From IMG/VR virus record IMGVR_UViG_2061766007_001580: 21,893 bases of DNA. One strand, given 5' to 3'. Positions 1 to 8,408 of this stretch are shown here, in pieces. Each line of letters starts with the position of its first letter. Position 1 is the first letter of the stretch. A model generated the notes under the pieces. The model saw only the letters and a program-made list of their open reading frames with translations, had not been told where the DNA came from and did not search any database. The position numbers and the translations under genes are program-made. The DNA is from an uncultured virus (IMG/VR IMGVR_UViG_2061766007_001580). Its lineage: Duplodnaviria; Heunggongvirae; Uroviricota; Caudoviricetes.

Positions 1-456
1 CAACGTAACAGATTAACTCAACTTGAAGATAATTATGTTTTATGGACAGACACTACAGATATTTCAGCAGAAAATGGTGTACAATATGAAATTACAATGT
101 CAAACGCAAGTGAATCTGTTCGCTATGTTTACACAACGGCTTACACCTCAACAGGCTTGAGATTACCTTGTGATATTGAAAGGTATGTACGTTTATCTGT
201 AAGGTCGTACAGAGTTGATAATGGTGTAACCACTTACAGCTTACAATCTGCTGTTATCGAGGGTGAGTGCAGAGAGTGTACGTTTGAGCTTGGTATCAAC
301 AACTACTCACAGCTTGTTCTTACAGTAAACACTTATTATCCAATCACAGTAGATGTGGTTAATGATGAGATCGTGTTAAGAATTACTGATGAAAACTTTG
401 CGACAGAGTTGGGTCTTGACGAAGATGGTATGCTCTATCGTTTGATTGAAATTTAA
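1..456 (+). CDS. Phage structural/tail-associated protein, 5'-truncated
   Basis: Frame 1 is open from base 1 (QRNRLTQLED...) to TAA at 456, so the ATG at 97 is probably internal. The sequence is beta-rich and lies directly upstream of tail-fibre-like genes. Function is inferred from context. Confidence 0.5.
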   Translation, partial: QRNRLTQLEDNYVLWTDTTDISAENGVQYEITMSNASESVRYVYTTAYTSTGLRLPCDIERYVRLSVRSYRVDNGVTTYSLQSAVIEGECRECTFELGINNYSQLVLTVNTYYPITVDVVNDEIVLRITDENFATELGLDEDGMLYRLIEI

Positions 457-468
457 GGATTTAATTAT

Positions 469-858
469 ATGACACAAGTTAGGATTGATATAGGTTATTT
501 CAATCCTACTTTCAATGGAAAGTGGGATAAAACCTTAACTTATAATTCCATGAACACCGTATGTTTTAACAACTGTGTTTATATGGCCAAAAAAGATAAT
601 AAAGGTAGTTACCCTGATTACATGACATCATCGAGCAGTAGTTACGCTGTTGGTGATACGTGGTGTGCAAATGTTATGAACTACCATCCAATGCGACCTG
701 ATATGCAGAACTCCATTGTGAATTTAATGACAGTTTTGCCGTTTCAAGGTGCTTTGTATTACTGCTCTTATTACAGTGCTAATAAAAGCAGTTATTATTA
801 TTGGAATTATCAAAAGGGCTTTACAAAAATTTTCAATAATTTAACTAGAGGATATTAA
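469..858 (+). CDS. Putative tail accessory protein with one CBM5/12-like (W..Y..V.Y..Y.A) module
   Basis: RBS AAGGA upstream. N-terminus IDIGYFNPTFNGKWDKTLTYNSMNTVCFNNCVYMAKKDN resembles the repeats of the next gene. Confidence 0.55.
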   Translation: MTQVRIDIGYFNPTFNGKWDKTLTYNSMNTVCFNNCVYMAKKDNKGSYPDYMTSSSSSYAVGDTWCANVMNYHPMRPDMQNSIVNLMTVLPFQGALYYCSYYSANKSSYYYWNYQKGFTKIFNNLTRGY

Positions 859-1989
859 ATGTCTACTCAAACTCGTTCAGTCAATTTAGGCAAAATTGGC
901 TTTAATACTCGCTTATGGTCTAGTAGCACATCGTATACTAAAAATGATTTTGTCGTATATGAAAATTCTTTGTATACGGCAACAACAAGCGTTCCTGCTG
1001 GCACTTTGCCAACAAACACAAACTATTTTATGTGCGTGAGTAAAGGTGTTACTCCTAAAGGAGCTTATAACAGCAACGATACTTATACTATCAATGATAT
1101 TGTAATTTATAACAACAACGCCTATTGGTGTATGCAAGATAACGTGACAGCACTTCCTACTGACACTACATATTGGATGCAAATTCCGTCTCCGTCTCTT
1201 AACGCAGGTTTCGGCATCGGTAATCGTTATTCGGTTGTTCCTGCTGATAGCGATTTGGAGGCTCTATGGAATTTAGTTCCTAATGGCACTGTTGACGGCT
1301 CAGAAGAATTGTATGGAATGACAGCTTTAACAAATAATTTCAGACCTGTTTTAATGGCTGTTGAATCTGCTCCGTTTCACGAAACAACAACAAATTATCG
1401 ACTTTCCACGGGATCTGATGGCCAAAAAAATAACGATAGTGGCAGACATGTCAATATACCTAGTATTGTTTTTGATACTGTTGGAACTGTTAAAACCTTT
1501 AGATTTTTAGTCTATGCAAGCTCTAGTTATAGGTATAACTATCTGCGATTTTTAACACCGAGTAGAGTTGAATCTGATTATTCAGACAATAATACTTACG
1601 GATTACAATTTGGCTTTAGTGGTGATTACCTTTGGTGTGGCTTACGAAGTAGAACCACCGATAGAGACTTTTTTGACAGCGGTTCTAGCGAAAGTGGTGG
1701 AGATTTCAGTTATATGGTCAGATCTGATGATATAAACGAATTTGTATTTGTAATAGAACGTACAACATCAGGATATAACTATGACTCTTATGTAAATGGC
1801 ACAAAATTCAGATCAGGCTCTAGCACTTACAATTATAACGCTACAATAACAGGTGTGTATTTAGGAACAGCAGGTTCAAGTTCTCAAGACGCATATAATA
1901 GAGGTATTGCTCAAGTGGAAATCTATAACGGTGCTAAAATAACAGCTCCATATACACCTAGTTATCAACTGTTAAGTGAGCCTGTATAA
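859..1989 (+). CDS. Putative receptor-binding/tail fibre protein: two CBM5/12-like repeats plus C-terminal LamG/ConA-like beta-sandwich
   Basis: Repeats WSSSTSYTKNDFVVYENSLY...PTNTNYF and YNSNDTYTINDIVIYNNNAY...PTDTTYW. C-terminal FVFVIER...SYVNG...VYLG...GIAQVEIYNG...PYTP matches the LamG-like pattern. RBS GAGGA. Confidence 0.65.
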   Translation: MSTQTRSVNLGKIGFNTRLWSSSTSYTKNDFVVYENSLYTATTSVPAGTLPTNTNYFMCVSKGVTPKGAYNSNDTYTINDIVIYNNNAYWCMQDNVTALPTDTTYWMQIPSPSLNAGFGIGNRYSVVPADSDLEALWNLVPNGTVDGSEELYGMTALTNNFRPVLMAVESAPFHETTTNYRLSTGSDGQKNNDSGRHVNIPSIVFDTVGTVKTFRFLVYASSSYRYNYLRFLTPSRVESDYSDNNTYGLQFGFSGDYLWCGLRSRTTDRDFFDSGSSESGGDFSYMVRSDDINEFVFVIERTTSGYNYDSYVNGTKFRSGSSTYNYNATITGVYLGTAGSSSQDAYNRGIAQVEIYNGAKITAPYTPSYQLLSEPV

Positions 1990-2162
1990 TGAAAAGGTTT
2001 GGCATTTATGTGTTACGTTGGATTGTGAGTGGTTTTGTAATGTTGCCCTTTATGATGTTGTTTGAAAGTCTAGGTTTAGAACTCGAATACAACATTATCG
2101 CAGGGCAACTTATAGGTGCTTGCATTTTTTATAAATTAGACCGTTGGATTTTTACCAAATAG
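1989..2162 (+). CDS. 57-aa two-TM membrane protein (GtrA-like half domain or holin candidate); not in ORF track
   Basis: TAATG coupling with the upstream gene. Translation MKRFGIYVLRWIVSGFVMLPFMMLFESLGLELEYNIIAGQLIGACIFYKLDRWIFTK* has two hydrophobic segments. Confidence 0.7.
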   Translation: MKRFGIYVLRWIVSGFVMLPFMMLFESLGLELEYNIIAGQLIGACIFYKLDRWIFTK

Positions 2163-3439
2163 GACTAATCAACTTTTTCCACGCAGGCTCAATATTGTTG
2201 ATAAACTGTTGAGCCTGATCTAAATAATAATCATAATCAATATTATTCAAAATCGTTTCTATTGGCTCAAAATCGTTCACTATTGCACAGCCCTCAGATT
2301 TAGGTACAGTTGAACCATTACTAAAACGCAACGCAACAGGTGAGCTATTAACGGCCTTATAAAAGCGAACAGCCTCGTTGCTTGCGTCAGAGTTNNNNNN
2401 NNNNGTGTTTGATACAAGTATCTGCAATCATAAGAATGTAGAGCTGGCCTGTTAGCGTGATTTGGATATACGCCTGTGGGTTATACATCTTTGAGCCTGT
2501 ATTATTAAAGTTGCCTGTAGCTGAATTTAGCACCTCTTTTAAACCCATAGATAAGTCACTGTTGGTTTGTCTGACTTCTTCTCTACGTGCAAGTATCTTG
2601 TTAATTTCAGTTACAAAGTCTTTGCCAAAAATACTTTGCAGTATCGGCTCTCTGCATATCATTGACGGATAAAACGCTTTTATATCCCAATCGATTAACA
2701 CATTGTCTTCATCACTGGCTCTGTTGATGTCAGGTGAAAACCCATGCAGACCGCCAACACCTATCTTTGCTGTGATATTACCGACTTCAACCGTTTGTGG
2801 TAAACACGGATGCTTGATACTACCACCTTTAACAACAAACTCGTGAGATACAATGTCGTTAAACAACTTTTGGAATACAGGCGTATCAAAGTGTAAAAAA
2901 GACGGTGCTTGATAATAAAACTGTTTTACAGGCTTTGTATAAGCAGGGCGTAAATCAGGCATCTTCTCAATAACAGCACTAGGGCGAGTGTTGAGGAAGT
3001 TGATTTTATATTCCTTGCTCAAACACAGGATCATGTAAACCTTGTTATACAGAAAATCATTGTACATCTGTAAAATGTTCTGAGCCTGTAACGCACAATC
3101 GTTTTTGATGTTGTCTTTTACATGCACCTGTCTAACACCTGCTCTGTAACATGCAAGCTCGTAAGAAATGTTTTTAACAAGGGTAGAAAGTATCATATTG
3201 ATCGGCATTTCACCAAAACATTCTCTGCACCATACGTTGAGCTTTTTATTCCATGACAGCATGATGTTTTTGTTCGCAATAAAAGCAGATAACAATTTCT
3301 TTGACTTTTCTTCGCCTTTATTTAAAACAAAATATTCTCTGTTTTGATTAATTGCAAACAGCATAGTGTTGTCAGATGTTACGGCACAGCACCAATGCTC
3401 ACCGTGGTTAAACTCTCGTTGTAAAGAATAAATTGCCAT
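2152..3439 (-). CDS. Divergent phage family B-type DNA polymerase, interrupted by an assembly gap at 2395-2404
   Basis: GVGGLHG; motif A-like DWDIKAFYPSMI; motif B-like GLKEVLNSATG; QITLTGQL; C-terminal VRFY...VPKSEG...IDYDYYLDQA. The motif C region is probably lost in or at the gap. Confidence 0.75.
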
Positions 3440-3442
3440 ATA

Positions 3443-3637
3443 TTACTTCGTATATCTGAAATGCAGGTAAATGTAATGCCACTCAATAAACTCATTGAAC
3501 ATCGCTTTAGTTTCACGATTTCTCAAAGGGTAGAACATGTTGTAATATATCTGTTCCCATTCGTGAAATGATCGTATTGTTTTCTTATCATTAAAACGCT
3601 CGTCAGAGCAAACATAGTAATCTTGTGTTTCTTCCAT
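3443..3637 (-). CDS. Hypothetical protein (64 aa, MEETQDYY...)
   Basis: RBS GAGGT precedes the ATG at 3637. The track's GTG start at 3670 lies inside a hairpin. Confidence 0.6.
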   Translation of the reverse strand: MEETQDYYVCSDERFNDKKTIRSFHEWEQIYYNMFYPLRNRETKAMFNEFIEWHYIYLHFRYTK

Positions 3638-3653
3638 TTTTACAACCTCACAA

Positions 3654-3688
3654 ATAAAAAAGGTACTCACCTTTCGATAAGTACCTTT
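3654..3688 (-). terminator. Intrinsic terminator
   Basis: Minus strand AAAGGTACTTATC-GAAA-GGTGAGTACCTTT followed by TTTATT. Two G-U pairs and the GNRA loop work only on the minus strand. Confidence 0.8.
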
Positions 3689-3708
3689 GGGCTTTCAATA
3701 CACATATC

Positions 3709-3834
3709 TTAACCTTGTAGCATATAAGTAAAGTCGTTGCTGGTTACGCTATAAGAAAAATGATAACTCTTTGTAACTGGTTTATATGCTGTTTCTGTAT
3801 TGTACTTATCTTTGGTAATAAAACTTAAAAACAT
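3709..3834 (-). CDS. 41-aa small protein; not in ORF track
   Basis: MFLSFITKDKYNTETAYKPVTKSYHFSYSVTSNDFTYMLQG*. RBS GAGGTG, own promoter upstream and terminator downstream. Confidence 0.6.
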   Translation of the reverse strand: MFLSFITKDKYNTETAYKPVTKSYHFSYSVTSNDFTYMLQG

Positions 3835-3876
3835 AATACACCTCACATAAAATAAAAATATATCTTAATTATGTGT

Positions 3877-3893
3877 AGTATATCACACTTTTT
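3877..3893 (-). promoter_or_regulatory. Extended -10 promoter AAAAAGTGTGATATACT
   Basis: TGn-TATACT. 15 bp are identical to 9364-9378. Confidence 0.6.
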
Positions 3894-3902
3894 CAAAAAT
3901 AG

Positions 3903-4232
3903 CTATTTGTTGACGTCTGTTGGCTGTGAAAACCTTTTAGCGATTTCTGCCACCATTGTAGTATCTTCGTCTAAAAACTTTTTCCATACAACAAACTGAT
4001 CTCTATACTTATTCGCAATTCTTACAAGAGAAACTATCAGAACTTCGTCTCGTTCCTCTATCGCTTTGTTATACATCTCAATGATTGCCTCTAAAGAAAG
4101 GTCAATAGCATTAAGATGTGAATTGATTTCGTCTAAGCGTCTTGATGTATCTCGTGTAAGAACATCAGACATGTGTTTTAATGCTTGTAAATCTTCTGCT
4201 TCGTACTGTTCTAAAATATTACTCTCTGTCAT
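3903..4232 (-). CDS. Hypothetical acidic helical protein
   Basis: 109-aa ORF with a promoter directly upstream; no recognisable motif. Confidence 0.6.
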   Translation of the reverse strand: MTESNILEQYEAEDLQALKHMSDVLTRDTSRRLDEINSHLNAIDLSLEAIIEMYNKAIEERDEVLIVSLVRIANKYRDQFVVWKKFLDEDTTMVAEIAKRFSQPTDVNK

Positions 4233-4252
4233 AAAAATTCAAACCTTTGTGA

Positions 4253-4300
4253 TTGTTTTTGCAATACGATTATGCTACAATGTTTTTCATAATTAGTCAA
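4253..4300. promoter_or_regulatory. Overlapping promoters for the divergent genes 3903-4232 and 4319-5443
   Basis: Plus strand: TTGTTT(4253-4258)-17-TACAAT(4276-4281) with TG extension. Minus strand: TTGACT(4300-4295)-17-TAGCAT(4277-4272). Confidence 0.55.
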
Positions 4301-4318
4301 GTATTTTAAGGTGGTTTT

Positions 4319-5443
4319 ATGAAAAATAATGTTGTTGTCACAGGTTTTTTAGGTTACATAGGATTTAACTTAACCGTAACACTTTTACGTCTTGGTTACA
4401 ATGTTATCGGTGTGGATAGAAAAGCAGAAAACGGAGAGATTAAAAACTTCTTTAAGTCAACTGGGTTCAAGTGTCATGGAAAGTTTGATTGCTTTAAAGC
4501 TGATTTAGCCTGTATGCAGGAAACCAAAGATTTTATAGCTTGGTGCAAACAGCAAAAGCTGAAAGCGTGTGCTTTAGTTAATTTATGTGCAGAAACAAGC
4601 ATACCTCAGAGTTTGATAAATCCTACTCAAACAGTAGGTAATAATCTGTTATGCACAAACTCTGCCGTAATGATTGCAGACGCTTTAAAATGCACCTCTT
4701 TTGTTCATGCAACAAGCATTACCGCCATAGATAATAAAAGCAACTGGAATCCTTATTCATGGTCTAAACGTCTTTGTGATGATGTGATTTTGCATAACAG
4801 CCTGTTTTCCGACACTTTTTATAAGGGTGTTATAATAACTAATCCATTTGGCTCTTTGGCAGGGGTTGAGCGTGACGGCAACGCCTTTGAACGTAATTTG
4901 GCTGACTGTATTTACAATGGCAAAACTTTGGAATTATCCGTTGAAAATAACAATGTGTACGACAATGTGTTTAAACGTAATTTTGTAAGTATGTACGAAT
5001 TGATTACCGTGTTTTTATACACTATTACAATGCCTACTCGCTGTCCTCGTGTGCAGTATGTAAACGGTGGCATTGTAAGACCTGATGATTTTCTTGCATC
5101 GTACAGCATTACTCAGCTTGCAGATTACTTTAGTCAATATCACGATATGGATATGCGTTACGTTAATAGCGAAGACTATACTAGAATTAAAGATGTGCCA
5201 CGCTATTCGCCACCTCGTGACGGCAGTTATAAGGATTTTTTAAGCACATTACAGGATATGCCTAGTATTTTGTTTGAACCACCTGTATGGTTTTCTGATG
5301 AACAAAAGCAAATGCTTAAAGACCTGCACACAATCTTTAGGAACAGCTCAGACAAATTATATTGCCAAAGTGTGCGATTTGATATATTATATAAAACATT
5401 CATTTTATCTCAGGGGTATCAACACAAATGTTGTATCAACTAG
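4319..5443 (+). CDS. NAD-dependent epimerase/dehydratase (extended SDR, GalE-like)
   Basis: VVVTGFLGYIG Rossmann motif, VIGVD, ADL, VNLCAETSIPQS, catalytic PYSWSK (YxxxK), FKRNFVSM equivalent to RDFIHV. Confidence 0.85.
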   Translation: MKNNVVVTGFLGYIGFNLTVTLLRLGYNVIGVDRKAENGEIKNFFKSTGFKCHGKFDCFKADLACMQETKDFIAWCKQQKLKACALVNLCAETSIPQSLINPTQTVGNNLLCTNSAVMIADALKCTSFVHATSITAIDNKSNWNPYSWSKRLCDDVILHNSLFSDTFYKGVIITNPFGSLAGVERDGNAFERNLADCIYNGKTLELSVENNNVYDNVFKRNFVSMYELITVFLYTITMPTRCPRVQYVNGGIVRPDDFLASYSITQLADYFSQYHDMDMRYVNSEDYTRIKDVPRYSPPRDGSYKDFLSTLQDMPSILFEPPVWFSDEQKQMLKDLHTIFRNSSDKLYCQSVRFDILYKTFILSQGYQHKCCIN

Positions 5444-5889
5444 AATTTTCAGATGTAATACATAATTTTTTAGCTAACGAGGAATACCTTAAAGGTTTTC
5501 TCTCAGCGTTAGGCTATCCCGAACAGGAGTTTTCGGTAAAAGGCCGATTATTTAAAGATGATGAATTTGTATCGTGGGTGCAAAGATCTCCCACGATTGA
5601 CGGTTTTGTTATCTCAACAAACGGTATGGAAATTTATTTTATCTCACCGAGCAAAAATTATATAGGCTTTTGGGGGCATAGAAACTTTTTCACATGGCGA
5701 TTAGCAAAACGTCACGATAATAAAAATGACGGCATTACAAGATGTGTGATTAACTATATATATAGACCTGAAAGCAATAAAACGGAAGAATTTGATGTTA
5801 TCAAAAACTTTCATATACTTAATCTTTACGAGGGGAAGATCCCCGAAGAACTAAAACAATGGCTACAAGCTATTTATAAAGAGTTGTAA
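5428..5889 (+). CDS. Hypothetical protein
   Basis: 153-aa ORF overlapping the end of the SDR gene in the same operon; no motif recognised. Confidence 0.6.
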   Translation: MLYQLEFSDVIHNFLANEEYLKGFLSALGYPEQEFSVKGRLFKDDEFVSWVQRSPTIDGFVISTNGMEIYFISPSKNYIGFWGHRNFFTWRLAKRHDNKNDGITRCVINYIYRPESNKTEEFDVIKNFHILNLYEGKIPEELKQWLQAIYKEL

Positions 5890-5906
5890 CAAATATAGGA
5901 GAATTT

Positions 5907-8339
5907 ATGAAACTTACAACAAACGCAAAAGATATGCTAGACGCACTTAATAAGGTTGCCCCTGCCGTGGGTAAACTGGAAGTATTAGCCTGCGTAAAAC
6001 TTTCTTTATTTTCAAATAGGCTAACACTCTGTTGTACGGATAATGAGATTTGTTTGAAAACAGCAATTACTTTAGACGGTAATAATGAAGATGGAGAAAT
6101 CTGTTTCTCTTTAAAAACTCTTGTTGATACTTTAAAGAAAGTAGATCAAGAAAAACCTGTAAACATCAAGACCATAGAAAACAACAAAGTCGTGGTTTCA
6201 AGTGGTAGGTTTAGATCTACTGTGCAGTATTTAGATGCTGACCTTTTTCCTGAAATTAACACTGTTGATAATAACGTATTAACTGCAATCTTCAAGAAGA
6301 CTGATTTGTATCAGCTTGCAGAAAACACAAAGTACAGCGTTGATGTTGGAAGTTATCGTGTATTCTTGCGTGGGGTTAATGTTCGTTTCAGCAAAGGTTT
6401 AGCCGAGTTTATTGCTAGTAACGGTCACTTGATGGCTTACTGTAAGGCAACAGTAGATAACGATGTGGAACACGATATAATTATACCAAAAAAGACTTTG
6501 GATATTATATCAAGCATGACTAAAACCGCTGAACAAGAAATTATCACCATGAATGTGAGCAGTAACAGCATATCGTTGGATATTGATGATACAACTTTAG
6601 TATCAGTGTTGGTTGANNNNNNNNNNNNNNNNNNNNNNNNNNNNNNNNNNNNNNNNNNNNNNNNNNNNNNNNNNNNNNNNNNNNNNNNNNNNNNNNNNNN
6701 NNNNNNNNNNNNNNNNNNNNNNNNNNNNNNNNNNNNNNNNNNNNNNNNNNNNNNNNNNNNNNNNNNNNNNNNNNNNNNNNNNNNNNNNNNNNNNNNNNNN
6801 NNNNNNNNNNNNNNNNNNNNNNNNNNNNNNNNNNNNNNNNNNNNNNNNNNNNNNNNNNNNNNNNNNNNNNNNNNNNNNNNNNNNNNNNNNNNNNNNNNNN
6901 NNNNNNNNNNNNNNNNNNNNNNNNNNNNNNNNNNNNNNNNNNNNNNNNNNNNNNNNNNNNNNNNNNNNNNNNNNNNNNNNNNNNNNNNNNNNNNNNNNNN
7001 NNNNNNNNNNNNNNNNNNNNNNNNNNNNNNNNNNNNNNNNNNNNNNNNNNNNNNNNNNNNNNNNNNNNNNNNNNNNNNNNNNNNNNNNNNNNNNNNNNNN
7101 NNNNNNNNNNNNNNNNNNNNNNNNNNNNNNNNNNNNNNNNNNNNNNNNNNNNNNNNNNNNNNNNNNNNNNNNNNNNNNNNNNNNNNNNNNNNNNNNNNNN
7201 NNNNNNNNNNNNNNNNNNNNNNNNNNNNNNNNNNNNNNNNNNNNNNNNNNNNNNNNNNNNNNNNNNNNNNNNNNNNNNNNNNNNNNNNNNNNNNNNNNNN
7301 NNNNNNNNNNNNNNNNNNNNNNNNNNNNNNNNNNNNNNNNNNNNNNNNNNNNNNNNNNNNNNNNNNNNNNNNNNNNNNNNNNNNNNNNNNNNNNNNNNNN
7401 NNNNNNNNNNNNNNNNNNNNNNNNAATACAAGATATAAAAATAAGCAGGTATTATGTGATACTTTTGGGATTCACAGAACTTCTTTTGATAAATACCTCG
7501 CTAAAGGTATGACCATAGATCAGGCTGTTGATAAATTGCTTGAGAGNNNNNNNNNNACAGGAAGTTATCGTGTATTCTTACGAGGTGTCAATGTTCGTTT
7601 CAGCAAAGGTTTAGCCGAGTTTATTGCTAGTAACGGTCANNNNNNNNNNTGCAAAATATCCTAATGTTGCACAAATTATCAATTTTGCACCTACAGTCTC
7701 TTTCTCTGTGTACAATGATGAATTTGTGAAAGCTATTAAGCGTGTGGCCATTACATCAAACAAGAATAGNNNNNNNNNNCGCAAAATATCCTAATGTTGC
7801 ACAAATCATCAACTTTGCACCTACAGTCTCATTCTCTGTGTACAATGATGAATTTGTGAAGGCTATTAAGCGTGTGGCCATTACATCAAACAAGAATAGT
7901 CAAGCTGTAATGTTGAATGTGAAAGACGGAGAAATCCGTTTATCAACCATGAANNNNNNNNNNTTTCTCTGTGTACAATGACGAATTTGTGAAAGCTATT
8001 AAGCGTGTGGCCATTACATCAAACAAGAATAGTCAGGCTGTAATGTTAAATGTGAAAGACGGAGAAATCCGTTTATCAACCATGAACTCTCAGCATGACG
8101 AATCGGAAGATTTTATCAGTTTGCCAACAAACACCTCTGCTGAATACTCAAGTGCGTTTAGTGCTGAATATTTATTGTATGTGCTGTCGATGTTGCACAC
8201 TGAAAAAGTTTGTTTTTTTGGCTCGTCTAGTGTAAATAATTGTAAGATTTCAGGATATGATGAAACTACTTTTAAAAGTAATATTGATCAACTTGGTGAC
8301 AATGAACCCTTGTATGTGATCTCTAGGATTGTTGTCTAG
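5907..8339 (+). CDS. dnaN: DNA polymerase III beta sliding clamp, fragmented by scaffolding (true gene about 378 aa)
   Basis: LTLCCTDNEI, DADLFPEI, ASNGHLMA, IIIPKKTL, LVD|AKYPNV, FVKAIKRVAI, AFSAEYLL and LYVISRIVV follow the beta-clamp pattern. RBS AGGAG. 5907-6616 joins in frame to 7650 or 7780 and then to 7964-8339. Confidence 0.92.
7425..7953 (+). repeat. Stack of short allelic duplicate fragments (assembly bubbles) of dnaN and of the 8409-9290 gene
   Basis: 7425-7546 matches about 8739-8857. 7557-7639 matches about 6349-6428. 7650-7769 and 7780-7953 overlap each other and 7964 onward. They differ mainly by synonymous SNPs and are separated by 10-N joins. Confidence 0.9.
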
Positions 8340-8343
8340 TTAA

Positions 8344-8372
8344 TTGACAAAAAGAAAACAAAGCTCTATAAT
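8344..8372 (+). promoter_or_regulatory. Perfect sigma70 consensus promoter
   Basis: TTGACA(8344-8349)-17 nt-TATAAT(8367-8372). RBS AGGAG at 8399-8403. Confidence 0.85.
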
Positions 8373-8398
8373 GATAAGTTATAGAGCTTTTATTTTTT
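8360..8398 (+). terminator. 12-bp perfect inverted repeat plus T-tract (dnaN terminator and/or operator)
   Basis: AAAGCTCTATAA(8360-8371)-TGATAAG-TTATAGAGCTTT(8379-8390) followed by TATTTTTT. Confidence 0.7.
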
Positions 8399-8408
8399 AG
8401 GAGAAATA

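Noticed and set aside
740..1989. Diversity-generating retroelement variable region in the tail genes
   Set aside because: No template repeat, no reverse transcriptase and no adenine-specific variant pair in the window.
2380..2394. NSDA as polymerase motif C
   Set aside because: It lies at the gap edge directly before C-terminal motifs, leaving little room for the thumb domain; it cannot be assigned without closing the gap.
7425..8080. Apparent tandem repeats or a CRISPR-like array inside dnaN
   Set aside because: Copies are separated by exact 10-N joins and differ by synonymous SNPs; these are assembly bubbles with no repeat-spacer structure.
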